Assembly (NCBI GenBank): GCA_026003175.1
Contig: BPGT01000001.1
Location: 408,839-472,838 of the forward strand
Direction of reading: 5' to 3'
Source: Armatimonadota bacterium
GTDB taxonomy: Bacteria > Armatimonadota > HRBIN16
DNA length: 64,000 bases
Part shown: positions 27,535 through 36,294 of the stretch, piece by piece
Layout: every line of letters begins with the position of its first letter
How positions within the stretch are numbered: position 1 is the first letter of the stretch
Translations under genes and position numbers: made by a program
The notes under the pieces: generated by a model
Databases searched by the model: none
The model's input: the letters and a program-made list of their open reading frames with translations, nothing else
What the model was told of the DNA's origin: nothing

Positions 27535-28421
27535 GGTGTGTCTCCTTTCAACCTTTCTTCAGGCAGCAGATAGTGTGCCTGCCAGCCCAGCTCACGTTCT
27601 ATTTTCGTGGTGCTGTATAGTGCCTGCCTGCCTTCGATTCTTTCCGCCAGGGGTAACCACTGAGGCAGAAAACGGGCAACGAGGTCTCGTGTGGCTTCGG
27701 GACGATTTGTGAGCGGCGCTACCACGTAGTAGATAGCAAAATCGGGAGCGTCTTCTGTCTCTAGCGACAGCCGAAACGCCTCTGCTGCATCCACTGAGTG
27801 GACATAGTGCCACGTGCTGACGAGATACCCTTCGTGGTTCGGGTGCTTCAACTGCTCCAGCGGGCGGGGGCGATAGTGCTCGAACCAGTCGGGTCTCCAG
27901 ATAGCGCACAGACGCAGGCAATGGGTACGGATACCGTATGCGCTGAAAAAAGCACGGGCGGTGACCTCGTTCACATACTTCGACACCGCGTAATTATCCT
28001 GCGGGTCAGCAGGCACGGTTTCATCGATAGGCAGCTTCTGCAAGGGGAACCCTTTTTCTGAGATACGATAGGGTCCCAACCCCAGCGCATTGATACTGCT
28101 GGCGAAAGCCACCCGCTTTACGCCGTGCCACTGCGCCGCCTCGTACAGGTTCCATGTACCCACCGTATTCGTGGCAAAAGTATGAGGTCCCGCACCTGCA
28201 ATAGCTCCCAAATGCGCGATGGCGTCTACTCCTTCGGTGACGCGAAGGCAGTCCTCCTTATCGGTCAAATCGCCCAGCAGAAAGGGCAAGTCGCGGCGCA
28301 CATCATTGCAGTCCTCTGGCAAGGGACGGCGGTCGGTTAGCACCAATTCATGCCCTTCGTACAGAGACTGCGCCACATATTCTGCCAGATGTCCCGCTCC
28401 TCCGGTGATAAGAACTCGCAT
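27531..28421 (-). CDS. NAD-dependent epimerase/dehydratase family protein
   Basis: MRVLITGGAGHLA Rossmann start with GGAGGG RBS at 28421; the 172-codon upstream extension of the ORF is low-complexity with no RBS. Confidence 0.7.
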   Translation of the reverse strand: MRVLITGGAGHLAEYVAQSLYEGHELVLTDRRPLPEDCNDVRRDLPFLLGDLTDKEDCLRVTEGVDAIAHLGAIAGAGPHTFATNTVGTWNLYEAAQWHGVKRVAFASSINALGLGPYRISEKGFPLQKLPIDETVPADPQDNYAVSKYVNEVTARAFFSAYGIRTHCLRLCAIWRPDWFEHYRPRPLEQLKHPNHEGYLVSTWHYVHSVDAAEAFRLSLETEDAPDFAIYYVVAPLTNRPEATRDLVARFLPQWLPLAERIEGRQALYSTTKIERELGWQAHYLLPEERLKGDTP

Positions 28422-28522
28422 AGCACATCTCCCTCCAGCGTACATCGGCAACATCTTCGCGATAGGCTTCTCTGTTCCTGCTGCAGGAGAAACTTGCTGA
28501 GACAAGGAATCACAAAAGCGCG

Positions 28523-29431
28523 ATGGCAACTGCGAAAAGAGACTGGCTACCCTCCCGCTTTGCCCTGTTGTTGACCTGCGTGCCGGGCTTGGGCGAACGT
28601 CAAATGGCGCAGGTACTGCATCAGTGGGCACGTTCTCGGGTCTCTGTGGACGAGTTGCTGTCAACACCTGCGGAAAAGCTGCAAGGGGAGTGGGGGCTAT
28701 CCGCACGGGTGGCGACTGCGCTGACAAAGCCTGACCACGCATGGTGGGAGCGTTTTGAACAACTGGACGCTCTGGTGCGCCGGCATGGGATACAGGTGTT
28801 GACCACGCAACATCGGCTCTACCCGCTTGCGCTGGAAGCCTTCTGTGAGCAACCTCCGCCGGTGTTGTTTGCCCATGGGCAGATGGGACTACTACAGGAG
28901 GGCTGGCGGTTCGTGGTAGCGTGTTCACGCGGTGCACCCCATCTGGCTCTGGAAGCGGTAGATGAAATCACCCAGCAAGCCATCCGCGAAGGTGGCGTCC
29001 CCGTCACCGGACACAACACCCCTCCCTATCAGCGTGTGGCTCTGGCAGCGATTCGGCAGGAAAAACCGTCCATCACGGTGCTGGACAGGGGATTGGTAGA
29101 GGCGCTGGGGGAAGGATTGAACCGCCCACTGTTTGCCACCGCGCGCCTGTATGAGCTGGAGTTCCGCACCGACCGTGATCTGGTGCTCTCGCCGTTTCCC
29201 CTACAGGCAGGTTGTTTGGGCTTACACAACCAGCGGCGCGATGAGCTGGTGTTCGCGCTGGCGGATGTGGTGTTCGCGGTGTGGATACGGGCTGGCGGGG
29301 TGATGGAACGGCTCTGCTTGCGAGCGAAAGAACTGGGCAAGCGTATCGAAGTGTGGAAAGCGCCCGACGGCACGTTATCGGAGGGGGTGAGGCGTCTCTT
29401 GCAGGCAACAACCACCGAGAACAAGGGATAG
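28523..29431 (+). CDS. Divergent DprA/Smf-like (SLOG superfamily) protein
   Basis: N-terminal HhH/SAM-like LLLTCVPGLGERQMAQVL; Rossmann-like core with PPVLFAHG...VVACSRG...ITVLDRGL...LVLSPFP resembling DprA blocks. Confidence 0.5.
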   Translation: MATAKRDWLPSRFALLLTCVPGLGERQMAQVLHQWARSRVSVDELLSTPAEKLQGEWGLSARVATALTKPDHAWWERFEQLDALVRRHGIQVLTTQHRLYPLALEAFCEQPPPVLFAHGQMGLLQEGWRFVVACSRGAPHLALEAVDEITQQAIREGGVPVTGHNTPPYQRVALAAIRQEKPSITVLDRGLVEALGEGLNRPLFATARLYELEFRTDRDLVLSPFPLQAGCLGLHNQRRDELVFALADVVFAVWIRAGGVMERLCLRAKELGKRIEVWKAPDGTLSEGVRRLLQATTTENKG

Positions 29432-29627
29432 GAGTATAATATTGGGTGAAGAGGTACAGCAAGGTACCTGAAGATGTCCTGCAATAAGCACCGCCGAGAG
29501 CCGTAAAGAGCTGCTGGAAGCCGAAAGCATGATTCTTGCCATCGCACTGTGGAAGGCGAGGCTCCCGCCGAGCTGTCGGTGTCCTCGGGAGGTGCGCCTG
29601 GACAGACTGTTAGCCACAGAGGAGTGA

Positions 29628-30524
29628 ATGAACACCATGTCCGCAAACGGTGAGCTGGAAAGGTTTATCAACCAGATTGTGGAAGGCGATTGTCGCGAAC
29701 TGCTTCCACAGTTGCCGGATGAATGTGTAGACCTCATTGTCACCTCGCCTCCATACGCTGACCAGCGCAAGCATATCTACGGCGGCGTCCATCCGGACGA
29801 ATACGTCGAGTGGTTTTTGCCCATTTCCGCTGATCTCAAACGTGTGCTGAAGCCTACCGGCTCCTTCGTGCTAAACATCAAGGAGCGTGTGGTCAATGGG
29901 GAGAGACACACCTATGTCCTTGAACTCATTCTGAAGATGCGCGAACAGGGTTGGCTCTGGACGGAAGAATATATCTGGCACAAGAAAAACACCTACCCAG
30001 GTAAATGGCCCAACCGTTTCCGCGATGCCTGGGAACGCTGCCTGCATTTCACCAAGCAGAAACAGTTCAAGATGTTTCAAGAGGCAGTGATGGTGCCGAT
30101 GGGCGACTGGCGTCATGCCCGCCTGCGCAATCTGAGTGAAAATGACCTGCGGCGTGACGTGTCACGGGTGGGCAGTGGTTTCGGCAAGAGAGTAGCCAAC
30201 TGGATTGGCAGAGAGCTGGCTTACCCAACGAACGTACTGCACATGGCCACCGAATGTTACAACCGCAACCACGCAGCCACTTTTCCTGTAGACCTGCCCG
30301 CCTGGTTTATCAAGCTATTCACTGAACCGGGCGACGTGGTATTAGACCCTTTCATGGGGTCAGGCACAACGGCTGTTGCCTGTGTTCGTCTGGGGCGTAA
30401 GTACATTGGCTTTGAGTGGAACCCGGAATACGTGCAGGTAGCCATCCAGAGGGTGGCGAAAGAATCGAGCCAGCCTAACCTGTACACTTTTGCCGAAGAG
30501 AGGGTGGAGTATGAACCCCGGTGA
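29628..30524 (+). CDS. DNA methyltransferase, beta-class N4-cytosine/N6-adenine (PF01555), likely N4C
   Basis: Motif IV LIVTSPPYA before motif I VVLDPFMGSGTTAVAC (beta order); SPPY favours N4C. Confidence 0.8.
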   Translation: MNTMSANGELERFINQIVEGDCRELLPQLPDECVDLIVTSPPYADQRKHIYGGVHPDEYVEWFLPISADLKRVLKPTGSFVLNIKERVVNGERHTYVLELILKMREQGWLWTEEYIWHKKNTYPGKWPNRFRDAWERCLHFTKQKQFKMFQEAVMVPMGDWRHARLRNLSENDLRRDVSRVGSGFGKRVANWIGRELAYPTNVLHMATECYNRNHAATFPVDLPAWFIKLFTEPGDVVLDPFMGSGTTAVACVRLGRKYIGFEWNPEYVQVAIQRVAKESSQPNLYTFAEERVEYEPR

Positions 30525-31272
30525 ACTGGAGGAGCTGGTTAAGCAGGGATTGGAGCGATTTTACGAACGGCGTATCGCGAACCTTTCTCGCCTTCAATTG
30601 TTTGACGTCCTCAGACGCAAAAACCCCTATCTATTGCGCGCCGTGGGCATCTCCTCCGCCTCCGAGCTTGTACAGGACCTGTTAAAACAGCATATTCTGG
30701 CTTCTGACGAAACCATCTTTGGAGATGCCTTTGTCGAACCGATCGCCCTGGCTGTGAGTGGAGGGAAAAAGTCCTCTGCAGAGGGACTGGACATCGAGGT
30801 AGAAGATGAATCAGCTTATAAGGCGATCTCTGTGAAGTCTGGCCCGAACATTTTTAACTCCAGTCAGGTGCGCAAGATGAACGAGCAGTTTGATTCATTG
30901 CGACGACGCCTGGACCAGTATCTGCGCCAGGCGAGAAAGCATTTCGTGCCCGTTTTAGGAGCAGCCTACGGTAAGAAAGACCTGCCTCCAAACAGAAGCC
31001 GCTTCTACCGTCACATCGCTGGACAAGCCTTTTGGGAAGAGTTGACCGGTGACCCCGACTTCTATCTCAAGCTGATTCGCCTCATGAAAGATTACCCCGA
31101 AGAGCACAGGAAAAGGTTTGAACTGGAATTAAACAAAGCAACGAACCGCTTCGTACGCGACCTGTTGAATGAATTCGCTGAAACGGATGGTACGTTGAAT
31201 TGGGAGAAGTTGGTGGAGTACAACAGTGGAAAGCATCAGTGGAAACGAACGTATGGAGGCTCCAACCAATGA
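30511..31272 (+). CDS. Putative type II restriction endonuclease partner of the methyltransferase
   Basis: Starts 14 nt inside the MTase 3' end; candidate PD-(D/E)XK core GLDIEVEDESAYKAISVKSG; no other homology recognised. Confidence 0.4.
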   Translation: MNPGELEELVKQGLERFYERRIANLSRLQLFDVLRRKNPYLLRAVGISSASELVQDLLKQHILASDETIFGDAFVEPIALAVSGGKKSSAEGLDIEVEDESAYKAISVKSGPNIFNSSQVRKMNEQFDSLRRRLDQYLRQARKHFVPVLGAAYGKKDLPPNRSRFYRHIAGQAFWEELTGDPDFYLKLIRLMKDYPEEHRKRFELELNKATNRFVRDLLNEFAETDGTLNWEKLVEYNSGKHQWKRTYGGSNQ

Positions 31273-32051
31273 CCATCCTGCAACAACTGGTGGAACTCTC
31301 GCACTGGCTGGGAGCGGAGCATCGCGAACTGGCGATACTGGGCGAAGGCAATACTTCCGCCCTGGCTGAGGACGATAGGTCCTTCTATGTGAAGGCAAGC
31401 GGCACCCGCTTGATGGATATCGATGAGGGCGGTTTCGTACGGGTAGACCTGCAGAAGACCCTGCACGCGCTGGAGCATGCTGAGGAGAACGACCAAGCCA
31501 CCCGCGCTGCACTGGAAGCCAGCCGCGTAGACCCCCACGAGAAGAAGATGCCCTCGGTGGAAACCTTCCTGCATGCTTACCTGCTGTCACTGCCAGGCAT
31601 CCGATTCGTGGGGCATACGCATCCGGTGGCGGTCAACGCCCTGCTGTGTTCCATGCGAGCGGAGGAACTGATTGCCGGACGCCTCTTCCCGGACGAGATT
31701 GTGGTATGTGGCATTGCCCCACTATGGGTCCCGTACACCGACCCCGGCTTGCCTCTTGCTCGTGAACTGCGCCGACGGATGGAAGGCTATGTGCAGCAGT
31801 ACGGCGTGTTACCCAAAGTAATCCTCATGCAGAATCACGGATTGATTGCGCCGGCGGAGACCCCGCAAAAAGTGATAGCCGCCACCGCCATGTACGTGAA
31901 AACCGCGAAGATACTTTTGGGTACAATGGCAGCAGGAGGACCCAACTTCCTCGCGCCTCATCACGTGGAACGGATTTATACCCGTCCCGACGAGGCATAC
32001 CGTCAGCAAATCATCGCACAGCTGCAAGCCGCACGCGAAGGTACAAAGTGA
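31269..32051 (+). CDS. Class II aldolase/adducin-family protein (fuculose/ribulose-phosphate aldolase-like)
   Basis: GHTHP metal-binding motif (FVGHTHPVAVNALLCS); GGAGG RBS; ATGA overlap with upstream gene. Confidence 0.7.
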   Translation: MTILQQLVELSHWLGAEHRELAILGEGNTSALAEDDRSFYVKASGTRLMDIDEGGFVRVDLQKTLHALEHAEENDQATRAALEASRVDPHEKKMPSVETFLHAYLLSLPGIRFVGHTHPVAVNALLCSMRAEELIAGRLFPDEIVVCGIAPLWVPYTDPGLPLARELRRRMEGYVQQYGVLPKVILMQNHGLIAPAETPQKVIAATAMYVKTAKILLGTMAAGGPNFLAPHHVERIYTRPDEAYRQQIIAQLQAAREGTK

Positions 32052-32066
32052 GAAGAGGTGAGCCCA

Positions 32067-33815
32067 ATGCATTCAGACAAACTGACCAGATACCGCAAGG
32101 CACAGCATCCTATCCCCCAGAAGATGCTTCGCTGGCATCTGTACGGAGCGGGGCTGGAGAATCTCGGCAGGAACGCTCAGCCCGAGGAGGTTCCCGTGCC
32201 CGAACCCGGCGACGACGAATTGTTGGTGCGCATCGACGCACTGGGGCTTTGCTTTTCCGATACGAAGGTGGTTTCGCTGGGTGAGAAACACCCCCGCCTC
32301 GTGGGACGCGACCTGCAAAAAGAGCCTGTTGTGCTGGGCCATGAGGTCTCCTGCACAGTGGTGAAAGTAGGTAAAAACCTGCAGGACCGATTCCACGTAG
32401 GGCAGCGGTTTATCGTGCAGGCAGACGTCTTCTACAAGGGCAAAAGTATCGCCTACGGCTACGTACTGCCCGGCGCAATGACCCAGTACGGCATCATCGG
32501 CAAGGAGATTATCGAGGGAGACGAGGGGTGCTACTTGCTACCTCTGCGGGATGAGGACGGTTATGTAGAAGCCGCGCTGGTAGAGCCGTGGGCGTGCGTG
32601 GTGGCGTCCTATTCCCAAAAACGTCGCCAGCACATCCGGCATGACGGCGTAGCGTTGCTCGTCATGGGCGAGCGCCTGCCGCACACCGACTTCACGCTGG
32701 GCGAGGCGGTAACGATTTCTCATCGCCCCCGGAAGTTGGTCGCCCTGAGCGCAGGTGGACAGGTGCGCGCGGAAATGGTCAGGCTAGTTGCCGATTCGGG
32801 CATGGAGGTGGTGGAGGACGAAGCCACGATAGACGCCGCACGTCGGCACGCTCCCGAAGGTGGCTACGAGGACATCCTGTGCATCGGCGAGCTGCCCCCA
32901 GAGGCGATAGAGGGCGTTGCCGACTTGTTGGCGAAAGGCGGCGTGCTGTGGGTGCTGCGCCGCGCCCCCTTCGAGCGTTGCCTGAGTCTGGACATCGGAC
33001 GCATCCACTATGATAACTTGTGGGTAGTGGGTGCGTTTAGCGATAACCTTGCCGACGCGAACGCCATCCCCCTGCGCAGTGAACTGCTGCCGGGCGGAAC
33101 CTGCTGGATAGTGGGCGGAGGCGGACCGATGGGGCAGATGCATGTGCAACGCGCGGTGCAGCTACCTCAGCCGCCTGCGCTTCTTGTGGCGACAGACGTG
33201 GACGTGGTGCGCCTCGAAGCGGTGCGCGAGCGCTTCGCACCCACAGCTGAACGACGGGGCATCCGATTCGTCACCCTCAACCCCAAAGAGTTCGAGCCGC
33301 AGGTGTTTCATCAAAAACTGCTGGAGCTGACCGAGGGCAAGGGTTTTACCGACATCGTGAACATGGTTCCGGTAGCGGAGGTGGTTGCCGACTCTGCCAA
33401 ATTGCTCGCCGATGGCGGCGTGTACAACATTTTCGCGGGTGTGGCGCGTGGCGTCAAAGCCTGTCTGGACGTGAACGCCATTTGTGGGCGCGGCGTGCGA
33501 TTCTTTGGCAGCAGCGGCTCCTCCCTGGCAGACATCCGCCTCACGCTGGAGCAGATGGAGAGCGGGCAACTGCAAACTCGCGCTTCGCTGGCAGCCATCG
33601 GCGGGATGAAGGCGGCGCACGAGGGCATTAAGGCGCTCATGGAAGCGCGCTTCCCTGGTAAGACGGTCATCTTCCCGCAAATACCCGACCTTCCGTTAAT
33701 GTCGCTGATGGAGATCAAGGAGAAGTTCCCCACCGTCTATGCCAAATTAGAAGGCGGTCGCTTCTGGACGAAGGAGGCGGAGGAGGAGCTGCTGAGGTTA
33801 TTGCTGCCGGAGTGA
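32067..33815 (+). CDS. Zinc-dependent MDR-family dehydrogenase with inserted extra domain (583 aa)
   Basis: GroES-like catalytic domain with GHEVSCTVVKVG; degenerate Rossmann segment, then canonical IVGGGGPMGQMHVQRA cofactor-binding domain. Confidence 0.6.
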   Translation: MHSDKLTRYRKAQHPIPQKMLRWHLYGAGLENLGRNAQPEEVPVPEPGDDELLVRIDALGLCFSDTKVVSLGEKHPRLVGRDLQKEPVVLGHEVSCTVVKVGKNLQDRFHVGQRFIVQADVFYKGKSIAYGYVLPGAMTQYGIIGKEIIEGDEGCYLLPLRDEDGYVEAALVEPWACVVASYSQKRRQHIRHDGVALLVMGERLPHTDFTLGEAVTISHRPRKLVALSAGGQVRAEMVRLVADSGMEVVEDEATIDAARRHAPEGGYEDILCIGELPPEAIEGVADLLAKGGVLWVLRRAPFERCLSLDIGRIHYDNLWVVGAFSDNLADANAIPLRSELLPGGTCWIVGGGGPMGQMHVQRAVQLPQPPALLVATDVDVVRLEAVRERFAPTAERRGIRFVTLNPKEFEPQVFHQKLLELTEGKGFTDIVNMVPVAEVVADSAKLLADGGVYNIFAGVARGVKACLDVNAICGRGVRFFGSSGSSLADIRLTLEQMESGQLQTRASLAAIGGMKAAHEGIKALMEARFPGKTVIFPQIPDLPLMSLMEIKEKFPTVYAKLEGGRFWTKEAEEELLRLLLPE

Positions 33816-33896
33816 GAACACCTCCTCAGAAGAACAGAGGGGGTACTTCATAGTTCTATTCGGGCAAACAACTTTCAGCGATGCAAAGAACAATGC

Positions 33897-34214
33897 TCAG
33901 TGATCTGCAAGGCGGCGCATGTCGTATTCGGAGAGCACCCCTATTTTTCTCACAAATCGCTCTTGCGCTACCGAACGCACTTGAAAGGCATCGGCTGCAG
34001 ATGTCTTCTCCGAACCATTCTCTGGGCTTGGCTCCAGATGTCCCATCCAAGGTGCCGTAGAGTAGTGCGCCTTCCACTCCGTTATGGGCACAATCACCTT
34101 GAGAGGCAAAATGCCTACTGCATCATCATTCACAATCACTGCCGGGCGCGTTTTTCGGTTCTCGGATCCGACGGTTGGGTCCAGGTTAATCAGCCAAACT
34201 TCACCCCTCTGCAT
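33897..34214 (-). CDS. mazF: Type II toxin-antitoxin system toxin, MazF/PemK family
   Basis: MQRGEVWLINLDPTVGSENRKTRPAVIV: canonical PemK/MazF N-terminus. Confidence 0.8.
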   Translation of the reverse strand: MQRGEVWLINLDPTVGSENRKTRPAVIVNDDAVGILPLKVIVPITEWKAHYSTAPWMGHLEPSPENGSEKTSAADAFQVRSVAQERFVRKIGVLSEYDMRRLADH

Positions 34215-34281
34215 AGAAATCCTCGCCGTCCAGAGATGTAAAGGCGGTCAGTTCTCTATCTTCTGTGTAGTCCGCAAGCAT
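34201..34281 (-). CDS. Candidate 26-aa antitoxin-like small ORF upstream of mazF (not in ORF track)
   Basis: ATG 34281 preceded by AAGGAGGTTCAGGAGGTG RBS; encodes MLADYTEDRELTAFTSLDGEDFYAEG; stop overlaps mazF start by 14 nt. Confidence 0.35.
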   Translation of the reverse strand: MLADYTEDRELTAFTSLDGEDFYAEG

Positions 34282-34348
34282 TGTGCTGGACACCTCCTGA
34301 ACCTCCTTGACGGCTGTATTATAACGCTACCAGCGGGTTCTGTCTACA

Positions 34349-35167
34349 CTATCTCCTCATCCACCACACCGTCAGCACCAGCAAACCCAGCGCCAGCCGG
34401 TACCACAGGAACAGGTTCACCGAGTGCGTGCGCAGGTAGCGCAGCAGGAAAGCAATGGAGAGATAGCCCACGACACTGGAGGTGACCACCCCTGCTGCCA
34501 TCACCAGCAGTTGCTCGCTAGCAGGAGGCGACTTCACCAGATGGCGGAACGTCCATAGCGTGGCTCCCAGGGTAATCGGCGCGGAGAGCAGAAACGAGAA
34601 CCTTGCCGCCGCCTCGCGTGTTAAGCCTAGCATCAGCCCCGCGGTGATCGTCGCTCCAGAACGCGATACGCCCGGTATTAACGCCAGCGCCTGCGCACAG
34701 CCGATCAGGAAGCCCTCGAGGGTGCGCAAAGACTCCACCGGACGCTCGCGCCTGCCAAAGCGATCAGCAAGGTATAGAATCACGCCCATCAGCATCAGCA
34801 GTCCAGCAATCAGCGCAATCCGGGTGCGGATGCTCTGCTCAATCACGTTCTCGAACAGCGCACCCGCCGCCGCACCCGGCACGCATGCCAGCAGAATCAT
34901 CCACGCCACACGGCGGTCTTCAGGGTGTGGGTTAGCAGGGCGGAACAGAGCACGAAACAGCCTCCACAAGTCATGCCGGAAGTAACCGATGACTGCTACC
35001 GTGGTGCCCAGATGGAGCGCCACGTCGAACACCAGCTTCTCCTGCGGGGTACCTTCTTGCCAGCCAAACAGCCAGGGGGCAATCAACAGGTGGGCAGAGC
35101 TGGAAATGGGCAAAAACTCACCCAATCCCTGCAGGATGCCCAGCACCACAGCTTCTATCAGGTTCAT
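34349..35167 (-). CDS. uppP: Undecaprenyl-diphosphatase
   Basis: MNLIEAVVLGILQGLGEFLPISSSAHL: signature BacA/UppP N-terminus; 8 TM helices. Confidence 0.85.
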   Translation of the reverse strand: MNLIEAVVLGILQGLGEFLPISSSAHLLIAPWLFGWQEGTPQEKLVFDVALHLGTTVAVIGYFRHDLWRLFRALFRPANPHPEDRRVAWMILLACVPGAAAGALFENVIEQSIRTRIALIAGLLMLMGVILYLADRFGRRERPVESLRTLEGFLIGCAQALALIPGVSRSGATITAGLMLGLTREAAARFSFLLSAPITLGATLWTFRHLVKSPPASEQLLVMAAGVVTSSVVGYLSIAFLLRYLRTHSVNLFLWYRLALGLLVLTVWWMRR

Positions 35168-36294
35168 GCTCTAACCACTTCCTCCGTTCTGGGTGTCAGA
35201 CGCTTTGTGCGTTGGGGAGCGATCCAGTAGCGGTGTAATACCACGCGGATGACTGCTGCCACCGGTGGAGCCAAAAACATGCCCATCAGCCCGAAAAACT
35301 GTGCCCCGATGAGCAGTACCAGGATCACCGTCACCGGATGCAGTTTTACCCGCTCGCCAATCAGGATTGGCAGGATGAGCTTGCTCTCGATAAAATGTAG
35401 CGCGGTAAAGAAAAGCAACACATGCACCGCTACCATCAGGTTATGCGGATACTGCAGCACCACCAGTAACACGATGGGTATTCCTCCCAATATCGGTCCA
35501 ATGATAGGAATAGCACGAGTGATACCTGCCAACACCGCCAGCACCAGCGTGTACTTGACACCGAGCAATCCCAGTCCGATACCCACCACCACACCAGCGA
35601 TAATACACAACAGCAGCTGCCCAATCACGTAGTTTTCCAGTATCAGGTTCGCCTGTCGCATCAGCCACAGGGCATCGCGCCACCAGCGACGAGGCACCAG
35701 CGCTACGAACTCGTGCTTGATGTTGCGCGAGTCGGTAAGAAAGTAGAACGCCAGCACCGGTATCAGCACAATCTCCACGATATGCCCTACTATCGTCGCG
35801 GTGCTTGCAATCAGACTGCTCACCCACTGACGCGACATCTCCACAATACCGCCCACGTTCTGGCTCTCTACCAGACGGCGTACATCTGGTGGCAAGGTGC
35901 TGTACCATGCCTGCACGTCCTTGACGAACTGCTGAATCTCTTGCTGGTACTGGGGCCAGTTTGTTGCCAGCGCACGGATTTCCGCCTGGAACGGGGTGAT
36001 TAACACGCGCACGCTGAGGTAGGTCAGGTAGCCGTACAGCACGAACACCGCCAGCGTAGTGAACGGACGCACTATCTTGCGCGGCACGCGCGACGGCAAC
36101 AGGCGACAGAGCAGATGAACCAGCCAGCCGGCAGGGTAGGCGAACAGCCCCGCCACAATCAAGGTGACCAGGATAGAACGAATACGCACCGCCACGTACA
36201 CCGCCAGCGCGATCATCAGCACCCGCAGAATAAACAAGCTGGCGGTGCGCGCAATGTACCGAACCCTGCTCTGCCAAGAGTGCCAGTCGTTCAT
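35164..36294 (-). CDS. AI-2E family transporter (PerM/YhhT-like)
   Basis: 376-aa polytopic membrane protein with AI-2E family topology and conserved central/C-terminal blocks. Confidence 0.75.
   Translation of the reverse strand: MNDWHSWQSRVRYIARTASLFILRVLMIALAVYVAVRIRSILVTLIVAGLFAYPAGWLVHLLCRLLPSRVPRKIVRPFTTLAVFVLYGYLTYLSVRVLITPFQAEIRALATNWPQYQQEIQQFVKDVQAWYSTLPPDVRRLVESQNVGGIVEMSRQWVSSLIASTATIVGHIVEIVLIPVLAFYFLTDSRNIKHEFVALVPRRWWRDALWLMRQANLILENYVIGQLLLCIIAGVVVGIGLGLLGVKYTLVLAVLAGITRAIPIIGPILGGIPIVLLVVLQYPHNLMVAVHVLLFFTALHFIESKLILPILIGERVKLHPVTVILVLLIGAQFFGLMGMFLAPPVAAVIRVVLHRYWIAPQRTKRLTPRTEEVVRA

Noticed and set aside
27531-28937. Full 468-aa ORF for the epimerase gene
   Set aside because: The N-terminal 172 codons are Pro/Ala-rich low-complexity with no RBS. 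A GGAGGG-led ATG at 28421 gives a canonical MRVLITGGAG Rossmann start.
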